DNA from: Macrostomum hystrix
Taxonomy: Eukaryota > Animalia > Platyhelminthes
Direction: 5' to 3'
DNA length: 64,000 nt
Assembly: GCA_950097015.1 (NCBI GenBank)
Contig: CATNEN010000011.1
Location: 5,518,001 to 5,582,000, forward strand
The position numbers and the translations under genes are program-made. Position 1 is the first letter of the stretch, and each line of letters opens with the position of its first letter. Shown here in pieces: positions 24,845-36,068 of this stretch. Below the pieces are notes generated by a model. It saw nothing but the letters and a program-made list of their open reading frames with translations. It was not told the origin of the DNA and searched no databases.

Positions 24845-24905
24845 CCACTGGCCATAGCCTCGAACTCCTAAGCCGAAAGGTCTGAAGTTCGATTCTGGGC
24901 CCAGG
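24845..24905 (+). mobile_element. Degenerate tRNA-derived (Arg-CCT-like) SINE head
   Basis: CTCCTAAGCC anticodon-arm-like sequence followed by the B-box-like GTTCGATTC; no full cloverleaf. Confidence 0.3.
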
Positions 24906-25355
24906 ATAAATAGTTTTAATGCAAGAAACTCGATATATTCCCTATAGTGAATTTTAGCCTTTTCCGTGCCTCATTGTGGACACAATCAGCGGTTTTTGAG
25001 TAGAAATTTTTTTGCGCCGTATCCATATTGCATATTTTTCTCTGACGGCGTTATGAAATCTGTACAGGGTTTGTGGAGTGTATTAAAATCATACAGCATG
25101 CTCAATGAGCTACATAAAGTAATAGTTCAGGGAAATCGAAGTTATATAGCTGTTAATCTTTTTTTAGGAATGAGTCATCATTGCACATGCTATTTTTAGA
25201 AACAATGTCATGTGACCTGGTAATATTACATTATCGGAAAAACAATTTTTGACAGTTATACGTCATTCGTATTCAAGCTCAAAATATAGAAATGCTCACC
25301 CCAAAACCCTGCTCTGCAAACACCACTGATCCCATTGACCCCATTGGCTCACCTT

Positions 25356-25720
25356 GCCACCCTTGGTGGGTCGTCCAACCCCCGGCGGCACACCTGGATG
25401 CCTAGCAACCAGCTCAGCTGGCGCCATTTCGTCCTCATAATCTTCCATAGCAACGCCATGGTGAGACGGATTCAGGCCCCGCATGTAGGCACGGCGGGCC
25501 AGTTCGCGCGCGGTGGTCTCTCGGCTGATGGGCAGCGGTTTGCCCGCCGCGGCCGTGTTGAGAAACGCCGAGGTTCGGATCAGTCCGCCGTCTGTCTGGC
25601 CGTAGCCGTAGCCGTCAGCGTAGTCGTAGCCGGCGTCTTCGAAGGCGACAGCGGAGACGGTGGCAGCAGCGGCGCGGCCCTAGGCGGCGACGGCGAATCG
25701 CGACGCGTCTAGTCGATGGA
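25356..25720 (-). CDS. Possible isolated coding exon of unknown protein (AFEDAGYDYADGYGYGQTDGGLIRTS...RPTKGGK)
   Basis: GC-rich stop-free frame ending at AAG|GTGAGC; partner exons not resolved. Confidence 0.3.
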
Positions 25721-25859
25721 CAGGGCGAGGGTGAGTATTGTTAGTAGGCTAAATTTCCAGTTTTCAGTTGTCAAAATTTCATTGGCTACATTAGTTCACG
25801 CGCAATGTGGCTCGGGTTTTTTGAAAAGGGGTTCCCCGCCATTTTCTAAATAGTCTAGC

Positions 25860-26608
25860 CTTGAAGGTGGCGGGCTGCCAATGGGGGTCCACTGAGCCGA
25901 CTGCTGCTTGCTCTCCGGGTCAAAACAGTACACCCAGGTCTCATCACCACTGACGATGTCCCAGGAGCCCGTTGATCTTCCACCGTCGAATCTTTCGAGC
26001 ATTGAATGGCACCAATCGATCCGGGCCTGTTTCTGCTCCTGGGTCAGGTGATGAGGCACCCAGCGTGCGGACACCTTGCTGAGGCCAAGCCTTTCATGTA
26101 GGATGGTTGAGGTGCTACCCGGTGAAATGAAATGAAGCAGTGGCTAGCTGTTGCACTGTCAACCGCGGGTCTTCCTCAACCAGGGCGTGCACTGCAGCCA
26201 CTGCTTCCTGAGTGGTCGAACTCGGGGGTCGTCCTTCGCGAGCCTCGTCTTCGAGCGACACTCGGCCCCGACGAAATTCTGCGAACCAGTCAAAGACGGT
26301 TGTTCTCGAGGGTGCCGCATCCCCGAAGGCTAGGCGAAGCCGTTATAAGCTTTGCGACTGGTTCAGACCACATTTGTAGTCGTAAAAAATCATCGCTCTC
26401 CAGTGGATGCGTGACAGTTCCATAATAGATACTTGAAGTTGGAGGTGATAGGTGACTTTGAAGTGAAGTTGTGAGATTGAGGTTTATTGTGTAATAAATA
26501 TATTTTATGTCAAATCTCAGGAGATCTCACATTTTTCATGCGAGTACATTTTGAGCAGCCTAGAGTGCGCTGGCTCTTATGGTCCGGAAACTTATTGAAC
26601 GCCCCTCG
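25860..26608 (-). mobile_element. 5' half of a mariner (Tc1/mariner) transposon with a degraded transposase
   Basis: TA followed by the TIR CGAGGGGCGTTCAATAAGTTTCCGG at 26608. ATG at 26423; HTH region (FDWFAEFRRGRVSLEDEAREGRP), WVPHHL and first catalytic Asp (IVSGDETW). One stop and one frameshift; truncated after ~25860. Confidence 0.9.
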
Positions 26609-27608
26609 TAGAGCAACAAAAGGCGTATTCGACACTTTCAACGGGACCAGTATTGATAATTTGTATTAGATCGCAATGTGGTTATCTTATTTTTATAAAA
26701 TCCGTGTTCTCCTGCCATTCTAAGCCATGAATTGGCGACTAATTGGATAATGCAAAAACTTTGCCTCGTCCAAAACAGAGACGCAATAAAGCTACATTTG
26801 GCCGATGCTGCTAGACCAATAAAAACTTTATTACGCTCGTAGAAAATTAGCTGAAACTACGCTAAATCCGAGAAGATGAACATAAAACATGAATGCGTGA
26901 AATATAGAATATTTTGTCATTTTGATCCCTGCACTGGCGCAGCTATGGCTTAATAAAAATATTTTGGAAAAGGTGGAGAAAAAATTTTGAGAAATGAATT
27001 TTATATCTTGTTTGGCTTATTGTAGCAATGTTTCAAGTTTTAGTACATTTTGCAAACCACTGAATTACTGAATACAGTGCGTGTGGGGTACATTGTGACA
27101 TACTCTGTACTTTCATTTCATTTCATTTCATTTCAACAGGAAGACACTGTTACGTTTCATTATTTAATATTGAGGTGCGCACGCAAAGTGGGATTTTTTT
27201 GTTTATTTGATGTTTGAGGTTAAACAATTCGATTTTTTTCAAAAAGAAGGCGATAGAAAAACAGTAGCATGCATAAGATTAATTTTAGGTGAATATAAAA
27301 TATTTGAAAATAGAAATATTTGAAATAAACAAAGGCATTAAAACAAAAAATTGAATATTGAAATTTAAAGAGAAAATAAAAACTGTGACTGAAATCACTT
27401 CGCTCCCGAAAGGAGAATAGCGATTGTGTTTTTGCATTCTAACTATGGGCCTCATGGCAGTGGCTTTATTATCTAGCCTTTAGTATGCTTTCTATGACGT
27501 CCACAAAACTTTGTTAGGTCTGTGCTTTCCTGTGTCATTAAATACACAATTTTGTCATCAGCTGTTAGTATAGGCTTTCGAAATTTCGAACAGTACCTGC
27601 CACTTTCT

Positions 27609-27900
27609 CTATGAATTTATTTCTAATTGGAACATAATGGACCAATCACATCTAAAGAGAATATGAGTTTCGTTCTCTACCTCTCTACATTTTGGACATG
27701 TTCTGTTTTCATAGGCGATTTTCGGTCTTACAGTGCGCAATGTCTCACAGGCCAGTTTGTGGTTTCCTAGACGAAATCGGGACATTGTGCGCCTTTGTTC
27801 TGGGTTAGAGATTATTGTTAGGTAACTTTTTTCGGGAGAAATCTTTCTTGAATGTGTAATAGAAGTGGCTGAGATTGGCTGATTTTCCCATCCTCTGAGT
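27609..27900 (-). mobile_element. 3' fragment of a non-LTR retrotransposon ORF2
   Basis: SRFRLGNHKLACET..RTCPKC..VENETHILFRC is the typical LINE C-terminal cysteine motif. Confidence 0.7.
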
Positions 27901-29706
27901 CCCATCCTCTTTGACTTAGCGGCAGGGAGCCCTCTTGACGGACGCAGCGTTAAGGAGTCCCATCCTCCCATCCTCTATTGTTCCCTTCACGTTTATGTGA
28001 AACCCAACGTGAAGGAATCAGGAATTGGAATTGGAACCCAAGGAATCCAAGTTGGGTTCCAAGGAATTGGAACCCAACGTGCAGGAATCCCTCCGCGCTG
28101 TCCCATCAGCTGACCCATGGGTACACGTCCCGCGAGTATTCAAGGCTGACCCTAAGGCAGCCGGACAGAATGGGCAACAGCGCTGGATGACCCATCCAGG
28201 GCCTCTGGCCAAACTGGGTACCTCTAGCCCTGGCTGGAGGGAAAGGTGTCACCCTTTGACCTTAACAGGGTATGCGGCCAGTCCGCATCTAGGCACTGCT
28301 CTAGATGCCCTCTTATGCCTAAGGTCTCACCGCGCTGAGGGGCTGAAAGATCCGGGGAGTATATCCGGCCGTTAGCGGTTTTTATTTCATTTAAAATGTT
28401 CTCTCATTCCAGCGACCTATGGAGTCCAACTTTATCTCCAGCAGCACCCTGCTGAAACGCTGACCCCGGTCGGCGACGCAGATCCTCAGGACCAGCGCCA
28501 GGGCGACACCGGTTCCACCGGCACCGGAGACGGGAAGGAGGGAGACGGGAAGGAGGGAGACAGGAAGGAGGGAGAGAGGAATTAGCAACACAGAACGGAG
28601 GGAGAAAGTAGGGAGATCGAAGGAGGATGAGAGAAAGGAGGGAGAGAGAAAGTAGGGTGAGTGGAAGGAGGTATGGAATAACAATTTGAGAGGCAATCAG
28701 CCAGTTCTCTTGTGAATTTCTGCTAATTAATCTGCGGCTGTGGCCGATCGGGTGGCTCCGGATATTGCATATAGGTGCGTTAGTCTCTACAGCCTTCGGC
28801 CGCTGCTGATCAACGTCTCGACAAGTCCTACCAAAGCAACGAAATCCGATCAGAGCGACGACCACGGCCACACCGGCGGGGAGAACGAGCCACTTCAGCC
28901 AGTGACGGCTCGGCGCGTCTTCTTCGGGTGCGTAACGTCGTTGCCGTCAAAGCGAAATTGGCGAAATGTCAAGCTTTTCGGCGCTCGTTGACTCTTCCAC
29001 GTCATCGGGCATAACCTGCTAGGAGACTCTGCCATTCGTTTCGTCTGCTTCCTCGAGCATGAAGGCTGCCATGGGCGATTCTCAGGCCGAATAGTTGCCT
29101 AAGATTTCTTCGCCATGAGGATTTTCGCTCACAGTGCAGTTCCTCGATTCGTTCTCGAACTCGGTGTATGAAAGATCGCATTTGGGTTGCAAAACCTTAT
29201 GGCCTATTGATGCTGAAAGCGATTCTGACTTGGAAAGATGATCATGTTCACCCGTGCAAGTGTTGAAATGATTGGACGAGCTGCATAATTTGTTCGATGA
29301 CTCCAGATATGGACTGTAGTACCTGCGAATCGAGCATCAGACCTGATGCGACGACCACCCCGTGACGGCTGGGAGCAGCAGGATCAATAGTACAGGATGA
29401 AGCTACAACATTGAGATTCTGATGGCAAAAGTTTTATTGTTTGTTTCTTTTCACTTTAAGTCACTTTCACTAACTGGACAGATATCTACGTAGTAGCAGA
29501 GAGTACGTAGTAGCTCTCTCGTAGTAGCAGAGAGCTTCAAGAGTAGAGTGAGCTTTGGAACGCCCATTTTGAAGGTCCAATATTACAAAGGTACAGTGAG
29601 AGTGTGCACTGCCGGACGATAAGAAAGTCAGGGCCTATTACAAACTTCAGTAAGCAGCGAGCAGTATCAATGTGTGCTCAAAGCTCCCTGTAAAAATATA
29701 ATCATA

Positions 29707-31581
29707 CTAGCTTTTTTTGCCCGTTGTTTTTGGGGCAGAAATTTAAAGCAAAGCAGTAAGCAATTCACGTCTCTGTATTAACTTTATAGTGAAGGTCACC
29801 ATTTATTTATTTAAACTGCATTAATGAAAAGTGAAGAGTTTGTTTAAGGGCGTTTTAAGTAAAAAATAAGTGAAAAGTTTGTCCAAACAGCCCCCTCTTG
29901 ATTACTTCTTTAGAAACATGTCTCTTAGCCACTCCCCTATACAGTCAGTGGCAGATCCAGGAATTTTGTTTTGGGGCGGTCTGTCAGGGGACCGCCATGA
30001 GAATCACAGAGGGGGTGCCAACGGCCGAAAAAGGGCGCCAGGAGCCAAGAAAGGGCGCCAGCGGCTGAAAAACGGGAGCCAGCGGCTGAAAAAGGGGCGC
30101 CAGCGGCCGAAAAGGGGCGCCAGTGCTGCGACTGGCTCTGCGCAATAGCTCGCGGTACGCCTCTAGCTGCTCAGGCATGAGTCGGGGCTCATTCTCCTCT
30201 ATGAACTGTCCCAGCTGCTCCTGGTCATAGCCTCTTTCTCGCAGCATCTCCCTGCACAGGTTGTCCTGTTGTCCTGTCCTGCTTGCTTTTGGGAGTCCAA
30301 AAGAATCTAGATAGCGATCGGTCAACTCCAGCACCTTGTCCTCAATGCGCAGCAGGGCCTCGTTAAACACTGCTTCTGTGAATGGCAACTCTGGCTCCTG
30401 AGCCACGAATCGCGCCCGGAAGAGAATGTCTTCGGCCATGGGTTCTTTGAATGTTTCCCAAAGCTGAAGTGGATCAGAGAGACCACAGGTGGCAACCATG
30501 ATGGCAAAGAGATCTCGCAGGTGACTTGGTGAGCGCACCGTTGCCGCTTCCTCCAATGTCGCTCTCCATTGAGCATCATCTTCCAGCAGTCCCAGTCGCT
30601 GACATGCTTCATGAAAAGTTTGGCAGGTATGGCCTTCCACCGTTCTAATGTGTCTAAATGACGTCGGACCAATCACGGTGTGTAGGGCCTAGCAATATAC
30701 GCAGGTAGTAGCATTCACGGTGGTTTGGGTGCACCGTGTACACTCTGGCTAATGCATCAGTCTGTCGTAATTCAGGATGGCCCGGAACTGCAGCGCCTTG
30801 AACCCGCCGCTTCCATCCTTTCGAAGAGGCGTTCCATGTGTAATAGGCAGGCACCTGGTGGTACAGCAAAGTCCTGGCAAAGGGGTCTTCAGCGCACAAC
30901 TTGAAGAAAGCAGTAAGAGTAATGTCCTGTGGCCTTTAAGCGGCCTCTCTCTTTCTTCTATCCCAGGCTGGCTGGAGAGAAATATCGACCGGAGAGCCCT
31001 GCGCACTGGGACGCCACCGCACTCACCGCACTCAGTCTCAGTGCTGCTTGGGGGCCAGTAGACAGTCTAGGGGTTTGGGCTGTGTACATTCACGGCTTGA
31101 AATACAATGTACAGTCTGGGGCTTCGGCGCCCGGGGAAGGGAGGGGGTGGCTGTAATAAAATTTGGCCCGCAGAGTGGCGGAGGGGAGTTGGGGTGGCTG
31201 TCCTCGGAAAACAAAATTAAGTGACTCACTTTGAGATGATGCAGCTTTGCTCTGGATTGAGTAGAGATGTTCAAAATTGACAGCATTGTTGGAAAACATG
31301 TAAAGTGTAAGTGGATCAAATTTGGAGAAAATCTGACAAAGTGGGGCGACGATATGTCGAATTGAGTGATTTTTTGACGATTTTTGAGCAGTTTTTTGCA
31401 CTTTTGAGCAGGAAGGAAATGATTTTTCGGGAATTTGAGTAGCCTATTGCACTCAGCGTAGGTGGTTTTAGGTATGTGCAAAGTTTGGTGCGATTTGGTT
31501 GAGCGGTTTCGGCGTCTATAAAGACAAAAGGTTGCACACACACACAGACACACACACAGAGTTTTCACTTTTATATATACA
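29707..31581 (-). mobile_element. Non-autonomous Helitron, unit B (carries a Rep-helicase linker fragment)
   Basis: 3' end AACGGGCAAAAAAAGCTAG|T at 29707. Internal TLTAFFKLC..LLYHQVPAYYTW..RVYTVHP..ECYYLRILL..GPTSF..RTV..TFHEAC..LGLLEDD. 5' arm with a (GT)n/GTCT microsatellite. Confidence 0.9.
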
Positions 31582-33473
31582 AGCTTTTTTTGCCCGTTGT
31601 TTTTGGGGCAGAAATTTAAAGCAAAGCAGTAAGCAATTCACGTCTCTGCATTAACTTTATAGTGACGGTCACCATTTATTTATTTACTGCATTAATGAAA
31701 AGTGAAGAGTTTGTTTAAGGGCGTTTTAAGTAAAAAATAAGTGAAAAGTTTGTCCAAACAGCCCCCTCTTGATTACTTCTTTAGAAACATGTCTCTTAGC
31801 CACTCCTCTATACAGTCAGTGGCAGATCCAGGAATTTTGTTTTGGGGCGGTCTGTCAGGGGAGCGCCATGAGAATCACGGAGGGGGTGCCAGCGGCCGAA
31901 AAAGGGCGCCAGGAGCCAAGAAAGGGCGCCAGCGGCTGAAAAACGGGAGCCAGCGGCTGAAAAAGTGCTGCGACTGGCGCCCCTGGTGGGGGCATCTTAT
32001 TCCCGTGATTAAAATTTTGGGGGGGGCGACTGCCCCCCGCCCCCCCCCCTAAATCTGCCTCTGTATACAGTATGCATGTACACGCGTATACATAAGGAAA
32101 ATAGCTATGGCATAACAATAACAATGTCAAAGAAACAAAATTAAACTGTTTCAGAGTTCAGAGTTAGACAGGTCAAGGTCAATTCGTGACTACTTTTCTA
32201 TTAATTGCTTGCGAGTCACCTCAAGGCCTGGGGATACACCACATTCTTCGTTCTTCCCCTTGGTGCGAAAATGAATAGGCCAGCTGGAGTTCCAACACGG
32301 GAGCAGGCGACATAAAGCTGCCCATGCGAGAAGCAAGGAGTCTCCAGGTTGATGCCAGCCACCTTCAGCGACTGTCCCTGAGCCTTGTTAATAGTCATCG
32401 CAAAGCACACTCTCACAGGGAACTGCAGTCGCTTGAACTGAAATGGCAGGTCCGTGGGGATAATTGGAATCCGGGGAACGAACACAGACTCTCCTCTGCC
32501 AGATCCAGTCATTATCGTGGCCTCAATCACGTGTGGGAAGAGCCGCCCGCCTGAGCCGTGGGAAATGCCGTTACACAGCATTGGCGCATTCAGGTTGCGG
32601 AGGAGCATAATTGGTGCCCCAACTTTCAGCTGCAAGTTGTGCGATGGAGTTCCAGGAGGATCTAGAGAGTTCAGAAACTCAACAGGATACTCCACAGCGG
32701 TGTCATCAGTCAACGTTGTATCAATTGACTTGTAGGTGAAAACTGCACCTGGCAACTCCTGAAGCAGTTGGTAGTTAATTTCGTTGGTGGCATCATTTCT
32801 AGGACACAGAATTGCCCTCTCTGACAACCAGTCAACGTCAGCATATCGAGAGAAATAGGCTGGCTGGAGAGAAATATCAACCGGAGAGCCCTGCGCACTG
32901 GGACGCCACCGCACTCACCGCACTCAGTCTCAGTGCTGCTTGGGGGCCAGTAGACAGTCTAGGGGTTTGGGCTGTGTACATTCACGGCTTGAAATACAAT
33001 GTACAGTCTGGGGCTTCGGCGCCCGGGGAAGGGAGGGGGTGGCTGTAATAAAATTTGGCCCGCAGAGTGGCGGAGGGGAGTTGGGGTGGCTGTCCTCGGA
33101 AAACAAAATTAAGTGACTCACTTTGAGATGATGCAGCTTTGCTCTGGATTGAGTAGAGATGTTCAAAATTGACAGCATTGTTGGAAAACATGTAAAGTGT
33201 AAGTGGATCAAATTTGGAGAAAATCTGACAAAGTGGGGCGACGATATGTCGAATTGAGTGATTTTTTGACGATTTTTGAGCAGTTTTTTGCACTTTTGAG
33301 CAGGAAGGAAATGATTTTTCGGGAATTTGAGTAGCCTATTGCACTCAGCGTAGGTGGTTTTAGGTATGTGCAAAGTTTGGTGCGATTTAGTTGAGCGGTT
33401 TCGGCGTCTATAAAGACAAAAGGTTGCACACACACACAGACACACACACAGTTTTCACTTTTATATATATAGA
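31578..33473 (-). mobile_element. Non-autonomous Helitron, unit A (carries the PIF1-type helicase C-terminus)
   Basis: 5' end A|TCTATATATATAAAA at 33473. ORF 32216..32914 contains FPVRVCFAMTINKAQGQSL..FSHGQLYVACSRV..TKNVVY. 3' end GCTTG is fused to unit B. Confidence 0.9.
31817..32063. mobile_element. hAT-type MITE (247 bp) in the Helitron 3' region; a partial copy at 29947-~30140 in unit B
   Basis: Imperfect TIRs CAGTGGCAGATCCAG / CTAAATCTGCCTCTG; 8-bp TSD TATACAGT at 31809-31816 and 32064-32071. Confidence 0.85.
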
Positions 33474-33964
33474 TTTGCAGGCGGGCTGCGGGCGATGGCG
33501 CATCATTTTGTGAGATTAGATCTGCAGCCAGATAAGAAGCATGAGCACACACGCAAACAGATACCGTACGTACACAGGCACACGCTCACACAGGTGTCTA
33601 CATCTGCCCTGAATTTCTCTTTGTTAGGCAGTGTGCACTCTCCATGTACCTTGTAGGTTGGCCCCAATGGCGTAAATTGCACACGACAAGCCACCAAGCC
33701 TTTTTTAAGCGACTGCGCCCCAAATGAATGTGGCCTCGCAGCGGAATCGAGCTCAAGGACATTGGTGCGAGCGGCAAACGCTCAGCCAATCATCCCGGAT
33801 CCATGTGTACTTTACTCAGGGCCTGCTCTGCGGGCTCTCTGGGTAAAGTGTGTTAACCCCCCACCCCTTCCTCCGCCTGTGCGCGCGCGCGGGGTTTTTA
33901 TGCCGCCCCTCTGTCTGTCCTGCCGTTCAATCTCGCTGCCCCCGCACGCGTGCGCTAAAAATTT

Positions 33965-34336
33965 ACCTATCTACAATACTCCAAGAAGATAGGCGAACTC
34001 CTTGACGCCAACTACAACCCGAACGTAGTGTGGGAGTTTGATGAGGACTACAGAAGGCTGATGGCGGAGTCCGACACGCATCAATGGGGCTGTGAGCCTC
34101 CCCAGCTTTACCATCGCCACCTCAACGCACCTCGCAACCTAAAGGTTACGCTGAATCGCCAAGGCACCTCGCACCAGCAGGCGCCACCCATCTGCCTGAG
34201 CTTTAACTCTCCGGCCGGCTGCCAGCGGTCCAACTGCAGGTACCGGCACGTCTGCAAAATCGCCGGCTGTGGCAAGCCGCACCCCGCCCATCAGCACCGA
34301 CCGACTGGCGATGCGGCGGAGGGAGCAAAAAACTAG
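33965..34336 (+). CDS. gag C-terminal fragment with a CCCH/CCHH-type zinc finger
   Basis: YLQYSKKIGELLDANY..VVWEFDEDYRRLMA..W and CLSFNSPAGCQRSNCRYRHVC..CGKPHPAHQH; no 5' part or start codon. Confidence 0.7.
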   Translation, partial: TYLQYSKKIGELLDANYNPNVVWEFDEDYRRLMAESDTHQWGCEPPQLYHRHLNAPRNLKVTLNRQGTSHQQAPPICLSFNSPAGCQRSNCRYRHVCKIAGCGKPHPAHQHRPTGDAAEGAKN

Positions 34337-34457
34337 ATTTATTTTATAGCCACCCTGCTTTTAATTCCCAGTTTCCTTCGCCCCATCGCTTGCTCCCCGC
34401 CACCCCGCCCCCGCCACTGCCTGCTCGTCTGCCCCGCTCCCCCCGCCGCGCCGCGCC

Positions 34458-35975
34458 ATGTCTTCCGACATGAACCTCACCGCTTGGGACGCGCTGCTGC
34501 ACAACGACCCGGACGAAGAATTCCTTCGCGACGGCCTGCACAACGGTTTCCGTCTGGTCAACAAGCCTCCTCCCGTCATCACGCACTCCTCCAACTACCG
34601 CTCCGCTATCGACAATGCCCTGCAGGTGGAAAAGCAGCTCTCTGACGAGCTCCGCCTGGGTCGGCTGCAGTTCGCTAAGGGCCTCGTCATGGTGAACGCC
34701 ATCGGCGCGATCCCAAAACCTGACGGAAGCGTCCGGATCATTCACGATCTCTCCAGCCCCTCGGGCTCTTCCGTCAACGACAGCTACGAGCAGAAAAGAG
34801 GCCTGAGATTTGCATCCGTTCGGGACCTGGTGCGCCATGTCCGGCCTGGCTCCTTCATCGGCAAGGTGGACCTCAAGCAGGCTTACCGTTCCGTCGGCAT
34901 CCACCCGGAAGATCAGATGTTGACAGGCCTCAGCTGGCGCTTCGCCACGGACAGCGCCCCATCGCTGCTCATCGATACCCGGCTGCCTTTCGGTGCCCGG
35001 GCCTCGTGCGAGATCTTCCACCGCCTCTGCCGTCATTCAGCGACACATGCTGAGGCAGGGTTTCTCCGCCACCATCAACTACCTGGACGACTGGGCGGTG
35101 GCTGGCGACTCGCAGGAAACTGCCAACCACGCCTACACCTACCTTGTGAACCTCCTGCAAGATCTAGGCTTCACCATCAATTGGAGCAAATCTGCCGCGC
35201 CGGCGCAGCGAGTGGTGTTCCTCGGCGTCCAAATTGACACGACAGAGGGCACGCTGACTCTCCCACAAGACAAGGCCGAGAACACTCGGGTGTTGCTGAA
35301 CGACTGCCTCACTCGTTCTACCGTCAAGATCAAGCAGCTGGAGAGACTGGTCGGGAAGCTGTGCTGGCTGGGCCAAATCAACAAGTTGCTGCGCCCCTTT
35401 TTGCGCCCGCTTTTCGACCTCATTAGCGTTGGCAGAGACCTCCGGCTACCTCAAGAAGCTCGCGAGCTGCTGCAATGGTGGCTGCAAGCTGTCAGCATGC
35501 TTCCACCCACTCCGATTCACCCCCGCTTCCGCCAGCTGGTGGCCATCGAGGCCGATAGCAGCAGCGAAGGTGCCGCTGGCATCGTGAGCGGCTCCAGCCT
35601 CAACGACTGGGTGTTCTTTAGCTGGGAGCACGACTTCGAGTCCAAGTATAAGGACCTCCACATCAACTATAAGGAGGCCCTGACTCCGCTTCTCACCATC
35701 CTGCGGCTCTGCGATCAGCTCAACAACAGCCGGGTGGTGATCTACTCGGACAGCACCGCGGCCGTCGGCATGATCAACAAGCTGACCTGCAGGCATCCGC
35801 AGCTCATTCAGATCTATCAGTCCGTGGCCCTCCTGTGCCTCAAGTCTGGCATCCAGCTGCAGGCTTTTCACCTGCCCGGTCGCATGCAGCTCATCAGTGA
35901 TCCCGCCTCTCGCATGCTCAGCTCTAAGCAGGAGCTCGTTAACTTCCTTTGCCGCCACTATGGCTCTCTCACTGT
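34458..35975 (+). CDS. Reverse transcriptase-RNase H of the YR element, with a frameshift at ~35025
   Basis: GAIPKPDGSVRIIHDLS, KVDLKQAYRSV, LPFG, YLDD, FLGVQID; RNase H motifs EADSS, INYKEA, YSDS, DPASR. The frame changes at CACCGCCTCTGCC. Confidence 0.9.
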
Positions 35976-36068
35976 CTGTCGCAATGAATTTGTCTCCCAC
36001 ACAATTTCTGCCGCGTCCCGCACCGCCCTCCACTCACAGGTCGCAGCCGCACTCCCGACCGTCCTGCC

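Noticed and set aside
31038-33552. Duplicated 171-176-aa ORFs (CATFCLYRRRNRSTK...)
   Set aside because: These are the non-coding Helitron 5' arm, present twice; no recognisable domain.
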